Assembly (NCBI GenBank): GCA_973895155.1
Contig: OZ316897.1
Location: forward strand, 12,647,375 to 12,711,374
Origin: Marsupella aquatica
Taxonomy: Eukaryota; Plantae; Marchantiophyta
Direction: 5' to 3'
DNA length: 64,000 nucleotides
Shown: piece by piece, positions 13,338-24,037 of the stretch
How positions within the stretch are numbered: position 1 is the first letter of the stretch
Layout: each line of letters begins with the position of its first letter
Position numbers and translations under genes: made by a program
The notes under the pieces: generated by a model
Seen by the model: the letters and a program-made list of their open reading frames with translations, nothing else
Databases searched by the model: none
What the model was told of the DNA's origin: nothing

Positions 13338-13678
13338 TGTTAAGGATTGCTCTTAGTCTTGTGACTCATAGGTTACGGCACTTAGGCTAACCACAGTTAG
13401 GATCTTAGCTGAGGTTAGATTAGTCGTGTGTGACCTTGTATATACCAGGGCTAGTGTAAGCCGCTGGTGGGTGGTGCTTACTCATTGTAACAGAACAACA
13501 GGAGGAAAAGAGAGAGCATGTGTGTTCGTCTACTCTTGAAGTAAAGCTTGAGTGTTCGTGTGGACGTAGCCTTGGAGAAGAGGTGAACCACGTAGAGATT
13601 GTGTCGACTACGTGTGCATGGAATGAGTCATGGTTGTATGGTCGTTGCGAATGACGTCTTAGTTCAACAATTTCAACA
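13338..13678 (+). repeat. Copia 3' LTR (341 bp)
   Basis: Begins TGTTAAG right after the PPT, ends TTTCAACA (TGTT/AACA terminal inverted repeat) and has a TATATA box near 13439. Confidence 0.85.
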
Positions 13679-14165
13679 CCTTTTTTGCCGCTTTCCATGA
13701 ACTAGGTAGCAGTTCCCTTCTGGCAAAATACGACTATGCAAGGTCCTGAAGAGATCATCAAGAAGGAGATTGTTTGCTCCATGTCTTTGCTGCAAGTTAA
13801 AAAATAACATTATTCTTGAGAGCCGAGATAGTTGTGACCCCTCAAAAATTCATGTTTGTGCATGGTCATGAGCTTCCTCCCATTGTCTAGAGGAAGAACC
13901 TTGTGAAGGATTGTCACCATGAGGATGCGCATTGGTGTCAAATGCATCACCCATATCATGGTCACTATCCTCCACGTCATAGAACTGGTGCATAAGATCA
14001 TCCATGGCCCTCTCCTCCTCAAGTCTATCTTCGGTGGCATTAGACACATGCTCAGGAGGGGCATCTTCATTCTCTGATGCTTGAGCCCTACGCCAATCAC
14101 CCATGGCCTCAACAAGGTGTTGCCGCATTGCTCGTGATAATACCCCCATATCTGGTTGAACATAT
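13679..14165 (-). pseudogene. 5' fragment of a second CACTA TnpD transposase, cut by the Copia LTR
   Basis: Acidic region, then IFEGSQLSRL...LQQRHGANNLLLDDLFRTLHSRILPEGN.LPSSWKAAKK. This parallels IYEGSNCSKL...VLPDGNSIPKNMYEARK in the CACTA-A transposase. Confidence 0.7.
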
Positions 14166-15630
14166 GCATTCTAACATTTCACAAACATACATATTATATT
14201 AGAAATTACAATTCTCTTTACACATTCTACTAGTATACTTTCAAACCTTGATCAAAGATTGACTTACACAACTAACCAATTTAGTTTGAAAACCTGTATC
14301 ATGTATTTTATGTTAAACAAAAAGGTGGTATATATACATATATGTTTGCCCTACATGGGGCGAGAAAGCAATGCTTTCCACAAGGAGTTTCTGTCTTACC
14401 CCCACCTTGGCTAATATCCTAGATGTAAACCCATTTCCCCCATATTTTTGACAAAGAAGTGGGGAAACTGACCTTAAATGGGTTTATGAAACATTCCCCG
14501 GGATGTTATGTTGGCTGTTTGGAGGGCATAGGAAACTTCAATATACCCAGATTTCACATGTGGGACAAAGTCCTTGAAGATAAATCATAGGCATGTTGTA
14601 AAATCCTACTTTGGCGTATTGTGAAATCCTACTTTTGCAAAATGATTTGGGTATTTTGTATATTCCTTGATTTACATCAGCCTATTTGGAGAATTCAATA
14701 TTCCTAGTACAGTAAACGTTTTCTTTGTCAACGTATATACCTGAATATTATAATGAGAAGTGTTTCTTGTTTTGCCAACCTTAATAAGAAGGCTCGATCT
14801 CTTTTCATCTCAGTTGTCCAATTTTTATAATTTAAAATATTTATTTAAGCAAACATTATTCTTTTAGTAGACAAAGCAAACCAATTCAACCTTTTGAGCA
14901 TAAGACAAAGTACTCATGCTGGTATTTCAATTCACTGACAAATATAATACTATATAGGAAATAGCAGGAGCTAGAGGTAGTAGCACCAGCCTCCATTGAA
15001 TTACAATAATTGTATCAATGTACAATTGGTAAAAGTCTACTACATTTGTATCCACCTAATTGCATAGGTATCTTTTACAGTTAACATATATGTTGGCCAT
15101 TATATATTATTGACTACTAGTCAACTACTAGTGAACCCTAGATCTCTATATATTAGGATTCGGTTGCTGAAGTCAAACATTACATATATATATATATATA
15201 TATATAACATATTAATCCTCACCAAGCCTTAGATTATCCATGGTTAAATCTAGCCTACCCTTTACCATAGGTGGAGCATCTACTATCTCCACTATTCCAG
15301 CATCAAGTGCCCAATTGGTCACCATTTCTATTTTTTCAACCACGCCATACTTCAAGTGTCCAGCAAATAATTTTTTGCCCACTCTACATTTAGCATTTTT
15401 AGTACCAATCCAATCTGTTATCTTGGTCTCCACCTCATTACGGTTTTTGACATCATGACCAATATACAGACATTGACTTGGGCTTGATAGGTTAACCGAT
15501 TCCAATTTGTTTTTGAGCTTGTAATAGGGCTTGTAGTGTACCTAGGGTAGGTAGGTACCAGGTTACACCAACATGAAACTCGGCAAAATTATCTTCTATC
15601 TTGTATTTTCCCTGGTTACTTAGTGTTTGC

Positions 15631-16874
15631 CTACCTAGGTGAGCACCAAAACTTCCTTGTGTTCTTGGGCCTATCCCACTCATAGTCACAAAACAACTCT
15701 TGGCCAGCCCTAATGGTTGTAATGGCTACAGTCATGACATGATCATCCATATGTTTTACATAGTAAGGCTCTCTAGGTGGACCAAATATCTGAATCCACT
15801 CTACATTAGGCCTAAGTCCTCTCCCTCTACCACGAGTACTATTGATGTACCCAACTATATTATCGGAGCAAACAGGGTCGCCATCAATCATCCGAGAATG
15901 CCAAGGCCTCCGTATGAGCTCATCTGGATCAGAATCCATTTGCAATGCATAGACACCCCACGATGGGTGTTGGCACAATAGAATGTTCCAACCTTTTGAA
16001 GTATACACAGGACCAATGTATGGAAATAGGTGCTCACCATCATAACCTCGGGGCCATGGCTTGGGCGGGACCACAATGTCCTCCAAGGCAAACACCCCAA
16101 ATCCTATGTCAGGGCCAAGGGAAGACGCCTTCACTATCCATTGGTGACCCATATGTGGATAGGGGTATCAGTGGTTAGGCCAGGGGGTATTTTGAATCTC
16201 TCAGATGAGAAATCCTTCAACACTGTCAATGCCTTCCCGGTGACATATGACAACCCCAACCTCCCTTCCACTTCCACATAGTCCTCTCCTGGTGGCACTC
16301 TAAGAGTACGGTCTACAACTTGCTCCTCGGTCTCATGAGTGCCTGGCAAGGGTTCAGAACGGTGACGTTGTCTCTGGGAACGTGCTCGGGTGCATCCAAC
16401 CCTAGACGGAACTGCTACACTCTCTGGCTGAACACGGGGGGGCTAGATGGAGAGGGAGCTGATGATGATGCAAGCAACTCTCTTGCACCAGCCAAAAGCG
16501 TATTTACCCATAAGTCATTAGAGACCAATGGAGGAGGGGTCCTACGAGGCACCTATTCAATCACAAAAAAACCAACAATTAATAAATGTATGGGTGCAAT
16601 GTGGCAAATTGTACATGTCAATGTCTCCAAGAGAAATTAATTGTGCATACCTCGCAAGTAGAATATCCTGGTAAATTGCCCTCGTGTCTGTCATGCTCAA
16701 TGGCTTCCCAGGCTTGACGAACCACCATGCCTTTACATCGGACACACCAACATGGAATAGGTCCTAGAGGAGGAGGACATTGAAGCCTCAGAGGGGGGGG
16801 GGGGGAGGAATGTCCCCCTCAGAAGATGAAGAGGTTGAGTCAGAATCCGACTCTGAACTCTCGGAAGAAGACAT
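15631..16874 (-). pseudogene. SET-domain protein gene carried by CACTA-B (spliced, with frameshift)
   Basis: VKASSLGPDIGFGVFALEDI...YIGPVY...IDG...NIVGYINS...PNVEW...VAITTIRAGQELFCDY = SET motifs (GxGVFA, INH/S, PN, GxELxxDY). Candidate ATG at 16874 and a GT-AG intron at about 16553-16650. Confidence 0.75.
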
Positions 16875-17737
16875 CTGTCCATCACCCATACAAAAATAAC
16901 CTTTTATGTGCCATTGTGGGAATTAAATATGTAAGACCAATGCAATAAATATGAAGGCAAAAAAAACATAGAAATGTTTTCATATCAATAATACCTGAAT
17001 GAGACCCGCGCTTTGCAGTGCCGACTAGGATCTTGGCCTTAGATTATATTCTAAGACAAATCTGAAATTGCTGCACAAGTACACTTGAGCTTAATTGGGG
17101 TACACCAATATCAATAATTCATAGTAATTATAGGTAATGCTTCATAGTAAATATAGCTCACATTGTAGAGGTGGTAATACCTTTCAGATGTGCGGGCTCT
17201 CACTGTGCATGATGCATTGCAAAAATGGACCCAAAATAATCGCAATAACCTAACCCTCCGCAAAAAGGAACTGCAAAATTCCGAATGCAAGATGCATAAG
17301 GTTAGCTAGGTCAAACTGTATTTGGCACTCCAAATTAAATGCCACCCTAAAAATTTGGAGTAACCTTTAACAATAACCCGCAACCCTTATACATACCAAC
17401 CACCTCCAAAATCATGCATGTGACTCGGGATACCACGGCTCCAATGGTCCGCCCTATCCGTAGAACCCCTGGCCAACACATAGAACCAACGTAGTGTCAT
17501 CCAAAGAAAGACCAACTTCATTGACCATGTTCTCTATATTGGAAGAGCCTTAGGTTAGTGCTTTGCAGGAGGGGTCCGATGTTCATCCGATACAATCTCC
17601 GATACAGTTTTAATGGGAATTTCCGATGTAAATAGAATCGGATGAGTAGTCGAAAGCATTTTTAGGGCACCCGACCTAAGTGCGAACGCACTTGAGTCGG
17701 GCTTTGCATCGAAAAACAGTCGGGAGTTCATGTCTTT

Positions 17738-20700
17738 GTGAAAAACAAGCGTGTGGCGCACGGCAGCGAAGAGCAAATGGCTATGGAGGGGAGCGATGGA
17801 GGGGCTGGGGGAGGGGCAGGAGCAGGGACAGGAATAGAATTTGGAGGAACAACTGGAGAGCAAGGAGATGGTGGAGATGGAGGGTCAGGAGCCGGACAAG
17901 GTGGGGCTGGAGGAGCTACTGGGGATGGAGCAGGGCCATCAGAAGACTTTGGGGAGATCATGGCTGCAATTTTCCATAAGCAGGTAGGGCTCTCCATAGA
18001 GCATGCGCAAAAGGTGGCTGCATTGACACAAGGATTGCTAGACTCTTCTAGGAGCACTGTTCTTGCTGAAGCTCAGAAAACATTTGAGGAGAGGCAGCGT
18101 ACTAGGGAGAAAGAGAAGAAGAGGAAGAGAAGGGAGGAGAAGGAGACTGTACCTATGGAGGCCATCTCACCACGAGAGAGAGAGAGAGAAGGCCTTACGT
18201 AGAGAGGCACGGGCTGCAGATAGGAAAAGAGCCGAGGAGGAGAAGCTGCGAGCAGAGGAGAGAAGCAAGAGGCCAAAAATTTATTTGAATGAGGGAGGAG
18301 CTCCGAGGGCCAAGAGCTATAATCTTTTCAGGAGTCAGCTTGGGCAAGTACTTAGATCCCATTTTGGAGTGTTAGATTACTGGGGGAAGAAAAAGGAAGA
18401 AGAGAAGTTCAGAGTTTGTGAGCAGGTGAAGGAACGTTTTTGCAATGGCTCATTCATTGATGACAGGTTCTTAAACCAGAAAATCAGTCTATCCCTTGCA
18501 GACAGAAGGAATCACATCAGGGAGAAGCTGAGGAAGTACCTTGGTGAGTGCAAGGACAGTGAGGAGGTGATCAGGCAAAGAGGGTGCCCAAATGATATTC
18601 CTGTGGAGGTATGGCCAGCTTGGATTGAGACCGAGCTGCAGGTTCGAGCCTGGCAGGCAAGGAGATACTGGCAAGCTGAGCTAGAAATCCTTGCAGTGAG
18701 GGCCCAGGTAGGGGAGACTATTGACACCCGCCATGCTGATCAAAACCTGCAACATTGGGATGCAAAGTCAATTCAGCTTGGACACCCTCCCTCACATATG
18801 CAAAAGGCATTGATTCGAGTTGAGAATAGGCCAGTAGTCACTCACAGAATGGGGCAGGGCGGGTCGCTGCGTCTCAAGGCAGAATTTGTAAGTAGACTCC
18901 ACCTCCTCTCTCCAAGCTCTTCCCTCCATTCACCTGATCACCTGAGGCCCTTCTTTGCCTGAAGAGCCCCGGCCCAAAGTCCCCTCTTATTGTCAAGCCG
19001 TGCGGGCCCTGCAAGCGCGCTATGCATGCGATCAATAACTCCATCTTTTTTTGTCGGGGCCCTATTTCCGATTATGGTCTGATAGTAATAGAATCGAAAA
19101 GACAGTCAGAAATATTGCTATGGCTTTTTTGGACGTCGTGTCCGATTCCAATCCGACCTTGATGCTATCGGACAAACAATCGGAAAGTAATCGGACAGTT
19201 TGAATTTTCAAATTTTTTGACGGTTACCCTTGCGGATTATCGTGGTTGGTTCGATCCATTGACCATTTTAAAACATGTTGGGGTGATCCAGTGTGGATCT
19301 ATTGGGGTGTGACCCGGTGGCACTAATTGGGACTAATTTGGTTGCCGGTGCATTTTTTGAGGGGGGCAGGAGCGTGAGCATGGGCGACCAATATTGCCAG
19401 AAGAGAGGGAGTTGGCTAAGAAACAAGGACCATGGGCTCTTCGGATTCACTTGAAGGAGGAGCTGGGTTCGGTAAGGAGATTATTTTAAATGCAATGTCT
19501 TAATGGGGTGTTGAAATTTATTTCTAAAAAGCGTATACTAATTTGGGTGGTTGGTTGTATATATGCAGGGCTCAGACGAGGAGGGATCGGAGGGTGAGGA
19601 CTCGGCGGACGAGGGCTCAGGGCATAGCAGTGGGGGATCCGGCGAATCTGATTCAGAGTCGTCAGACCCAGAGGAGGGGATTGTGGCCATACCCCCTCCT
19701 CGCCGGTCCGATACAGTTAGGGGTAGTGCTAGGGCTCTTCAGTCGACCCGTCGTGGCCCATAGCGGATGTTCGTGCGACACATACTAGGACCAATAGGGG
19801 TGGTGCTAGTGGGACCCCTCACCAGCCTAGAGCCATAGGGGTTGGATCTAGTGGCAGACGTGACTCACGGGCTGCTGGCACAGGTGGTGAGGGTCCCCGG
19901 CGCCGGTCACGGGCTAGTGGCAGAGCTGATATTCGAGGCACTCGGCATGTGTCGTGAGATGAGCGACATGCTGTTGGTGAGTCTGGCCGATTAGAGCCTC
20001 ATGGGGAAGGGTGTTCTAGAGGCTCACAGCACTCTGGTGCAGATGGGGGTGGCTCGGGAGGTTCTCGTCACTCAGGCTCGACAGGGGGTGGTGTTAGGGC
20101 CCCTGGCCAGTCAGGAGGGAGTGGTGGTGTTGGTGGTGTCTCTCCCCACTCACGCCACATTGGGGGTGATGTTACTGCTCCTGGTCAGTCAAGAGGGAGT
20201 AGAGCTAGTGTCGGTGGTGTGTCTCACCACTCAGGCCGCATTGGGGGCGGTGTTAGTGCTCAGGGTCAGTCAGGAGGGAGTAGAGGGAGTAGAGGTAGTG
20301 TCGGTGTTGTCTCTCACCACTCAGGCCGCACTGGGGGTCGTCGACCTGCCCCTGGCCAGTTAGGAGGGAGTACAGCCGGTGGAGTTGGTGTCTCTCACCC
20401 TTCAGCTCAGACTGGGGGTGCTCATATTGCCCTTGGCCATTCAGGAGGGAGTGGGGGTGGTACATCACGGCAGTCCGTTGGCAACGGGGCTAGTGGGGGT
20501 GGTGCAGCTTCCTTTCATACTTGCCATGCAAGTGGGGGGAGCGGACCTTCCCATGACTCCCTAGCGTCACATGGTGGTGGTGGTGGTGGTGGCATGGGTC
20601 CAGTGCCTCCTATGACCTCTACACAGGGGCCAGATGTTGTGGACCAAGTCACCATGGACGAGCCCCCATTCACCCAGGCTCCTGCCCAGACTAGTATTGT

Positions 20701-20758
20701 ACCCCCACCACCTCGGACTCGTTCCAAAAAGAGGAAGGGACGACATGCTCCATTTTGA
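17738..20758 (+). pseudogene. CACTA TnpA/Ptta-like gene with Gly/Ser-rich tail, multi-exon, frameshifted
   Basis: GCPNDIPVEVWPAWI...THRMGQGG (H..G.GG motif of Transposase_24-like proteins). Frameshift in an (AG)n run at about 18175-18190, GT donor at 18888, low-complexity downstream exons ending with basic KKRKGR. Confidence 0.55.
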
Positions 20759-21426
20759 CTTAGACTAGCTTAGATCGATAGATAGAGACATACTGCGTAG
20801 CCTTAGACTTAGACGAGATTAGGAGTTGGATGTGCTTACTTTTGTGATCCCAGTACTTGGATCACTCTTGTACATTTTTGGGTATGTTTCCCTTTTGGAG
20901 TTTGAGTACCCTTTGTGGCCATATATCCTTCTTGTGTTAATTACTTCTATTGGCATTGTCTTTCAAATAACCTCTTCAACATCTTCAACAAATCCCTCTA
21001 TGTTAATTGTATTGCATAAATTCCCCCAAAAACCACCCTCAACCCCAACAGAAAAAATCCCCACAAGAAACCAAATCGGAACATCCGTTTATTCCACCAT
21101 CGCAATGTCCGATGGGAATTTTAACGCAATATCCCTTGCAAATTCATACGGACAACTGTCGGACGACAGATCTTCACCTAGTGCAAGGAGAGGCTTCTTC
21201 CGGCTCTTGTGACATCGGACACCTAATGTATCCGATTGCAGGAGATATGCATGTCCGATAGTATTGGTATCGGGTGGTCTGAAACAGGTCCAATGGTTCA
21301 TATCCGATTCTGGGAGTATCGGACGGAGTGATGCAGTTAGAATCGAAAACCTAAAAAATGGCGTCGCATTTTCCCGAAGGCGTCCGATGGTGTAAATATC
21401 GGTAAATGGCCTAAAATGTACTAGTG

Positions 21427-22263
21427 TCTCTTTTCTCTCCTCCCCCTCCTCTCTCTGCTTTCTCTCCTCCTTGGCCCTCTCTCGCTCCTTTCTCGCCCGC
21501 TTTGCCCTCTCCCCCTCCTCTCTCCTTTCTCTCCTCCTCGGCCCTCTCGCGCTCCTCTCTTTCCCTCTCTTGCTCTTCTCGCTCGCTCTTCCTCTTTTCT
21601 TTATTCAATCTCTCTTCTTCTTTATTCCTCTCACCCTCCTCTCTCTCTCTTTTCTCTCCCTCTCCCCTTCTTTCTTCATCTCCTCATCTCTGTACCTTCG
21701 CTCCCCCTCCTCTCTCTTCCTCTCGTCTTTGTCGAGTCTCTCCCTCTCTTCTTTTTTCTCTTCCTCTTCTTTCCATTTCTCATTCCGTTTCTTTTGTTCT
21801 TCCTCCTTGTCTTTCCTGTCTCCGCCTTCTTTCTCTTTCCTATCCCTCCAGTCTTTCTCTTGCTTGTCGCCATCCTCTTTGTGCTCGTCCTTCTCCTCCT
21901 CCCCCTTCTCCTTGTCTTTCTCTTGCTCGGACTCCTCCTTCTCCTCCTCCTACTCCTCCTCCTCCTTCTCCTTCTCCTTGTCTTTTTCATGCTCGTCCTC
22001 CTTCTCCTCCTCCTCCATGTCTTTCTCTTGCTCCTCCTCCTTCTCCTCCTCTTCCTCCTTCTCCTCCTTCTCCTCCTCCTCCTTTTCCTCCTGCTCCTCG
22101 TCTTTGTCTTTCTCCTTGTTGTCGTTTTGCTCTTCCTCCTCCTGGTTTTCCTTGTCTTCCTCCTCCTCCTCGTTGTTGTTATGCTCTTTGTCTTGCTCCT
22201 CCTCCTTGTCGTCATTCTCTTTGTCTTCCTCCTCCTTCCTTTCTCTCTCTCTCTCTCCTTCAA
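21427..22263 (+). repeat. About 835-bp pyrimidine-rich (CT/TCC/TTC) low-complexity tract
   Basis: Plus strand is mostly C/T. The overlapping long ORFs in several frames are compositional artefacts. Confidence 0.9.
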
Positions 22264-22588
22264 CATAGTGACGGACCAAACAAGAAGTGTGTTTTTGATT
22301 TCGCGAAAAACGGTGAAAAATCACTAAAATTAAGATCAAAAATGATATTTTGAGGATGAATCCAAAATCGCATCCAACATCGGATTTCAAATCGAGATCC
22401 TGTCGACACAAAAACAAAGAATTGTTCCAATCCAGAATTCCGAGACACTTCATCTAAAAAAAGGGCAAATTCCAAAACCTAGAAAAACAATGCTTTTCAC
22501 GTGATCCTTCTAAAAGCTAAATCCGAGCGTCAAACAAAACGAGGAAAACACAAGATTTCATTTTTGCCATCAAATTGGCAAACTGAAA

Positions 22589-24037
22589 ATGGGATATGGC
22601 GTATCCCATGTCGGATTCAACCGTTGAACGTGGACAAAAACCGCACCAAATCATTCTCTTGACGCTTCCATTTAACCTCGGGTTTAAAATATTTGAATTT
22701 TTAACTAAGGTAAAACCAAAAACTGCGAAAAACTGACCGTGGACTACAGTCGACCCACACAGTTAGTTAAGTTAACCCCACGACATCTTCGGAAATATTT
22801 TAGCCCATAACGCATGATGAATACGAGACGGGATCCAAGTATCCACTATCGTATTCAACCTCAATGTTTTCCACCTGCAACTTTGCATCAAGAGATCTTT
22901 CGACATGAATACCAACTAAGATCCATGGATCCCATTTTTTTCGCAAGTCCAAAAACTCATCGAGAAAATAGGAGGATGAATACCAGATGGGATCCATGGA
23001 TCCTATTTAGTATTCAACCTCTACATTTTGAAGTTTTTGCATTGCATACCTTGATATTCTAGTTTGAAGACCAACTGGGATCCATGGTGACTTCCTCAAA
23101 AATCTACAATTTAAATTTCAGCATTCCTTGAAAAGACAGACTCTCACTTTAAAAAACCCTCATACGGACCAATCAGGGAATGCCACGTGTACAATCCCCC
23201 CGAAAACTATAAAAGAAAGAGCTCGCATCTGTTTTTCATCTTCATTTCTCGCGCTTACTTTGAGGTTCGTTGAGTATTGAGTAGTTGTTTTCATACAATA
23301 CTATAATCTGAATTATCTATGTTGGATAGGAATACGTACTCCTATACAACCCTTGTTTGATTCTCTATGGCGTCTTCAAGTGATGAGTCAATTTACAGTT
23401 CAGATGCATCTTCGCCAGATGTTGTTCGAAAATTTATTCCATCTCGTTTGATGAATGACTTACCAGCCTCACAGAGAGTAGTGCCAGAGATTTCATTTTC
23501 CTCAGAATCTGAGAAATCAGAGTCTGATTCAGAGTCTTGTAGGAGTGTTGTGGGTGCTCCGATTTCATACTATGTCTCTCCAAGTAAACCTCTTAAACAA
23601 CGTCTACTTGTAAAGAAGCTTAATGTAGTTCCTACGACAGAGACATCTAGTTCTCCGCAAACCCCGACAGATCTTCAAAGATGAAGGCCCCACTTGGTAT
23701 TCCCTACTCGAATGTTGAGAAATGGTGAACGCGAATTGCCTATTTTGTCTCCTTCAGTACCAAATTCCATGGGTCAAATACCAAGTGGGATCCATGGATC
23801 CCACTTAGTATTCCCTCATGGTATTTCGTAGAATCTTGTGCCCGAGTCACCGGTCTTGCGGACTTCCAACCCAAGTTCTAATGGTGGAATGCGAAATGGG
23901 ATACGTGGATCCCAGTTTGTATTGCGCAACGGAAAATTACCAAGTCATGACGCAGAACAGCAAGTGGGAAAGTTTTCACTTCGAAGTCCCGAAGGATAAA
24001 TACGAGTTGGGATCCATGGATCCCAATCGGTATTCCC
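22589..24037. repeat. Cluster of long palindromes GGGAT(A/C)C-N2/3-G(G/T)ATCCC
   Basis: Copies at 22589, 22830, 22920, 22988, 23076 (partial), 23783 (perfect 24-bp AAGTGGGATCCATGGATCCCACTT), 23897 and 24007 (perfect 20 bp). The last three are spaced 111 bp apart. Confidence 0.85.

Larger units (their letters stand above)
10204..13678 (+). mobile_element. Ty1/Copia LTR retrotransposon, 3' half (5' half displaced leftward by the CACTA-A insertion)
   Basis: Domain order integrase-RT-RNaseH, then a PPT (AAGGGGGAG, about 13327-13335) and a TG...CA LTR. Confidence 0.95.
13679..21426 (-). mobile_element. CACTA DNA transposon B (right part), interrupted by the Copia element
   Basis: Terminus at 21417-21426 (reverse complement CACTAGTACA...). 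Dense TCCGAT/ATCGGA subterminal repeats at about 21070-21405. A TnpD N-terminal fragment abuts the Copia LTR. Confidence 0.8.

Noticed and set aside
22265-22270. TAGTG as another CACTA terminus
   Set aside because: No CACTA subterminal repeats on its left. The match to 33839-33849 extends inward, which fits the left TIR of the Sola-like element better.
21411-22453. Several long overlapping ORFs (poly-S, poly-L, poly-P, poly-E/K/R)
   Set aside because: They arise from a CT-rich tract that lacks stop codons in most frames; no domain or gene structure.
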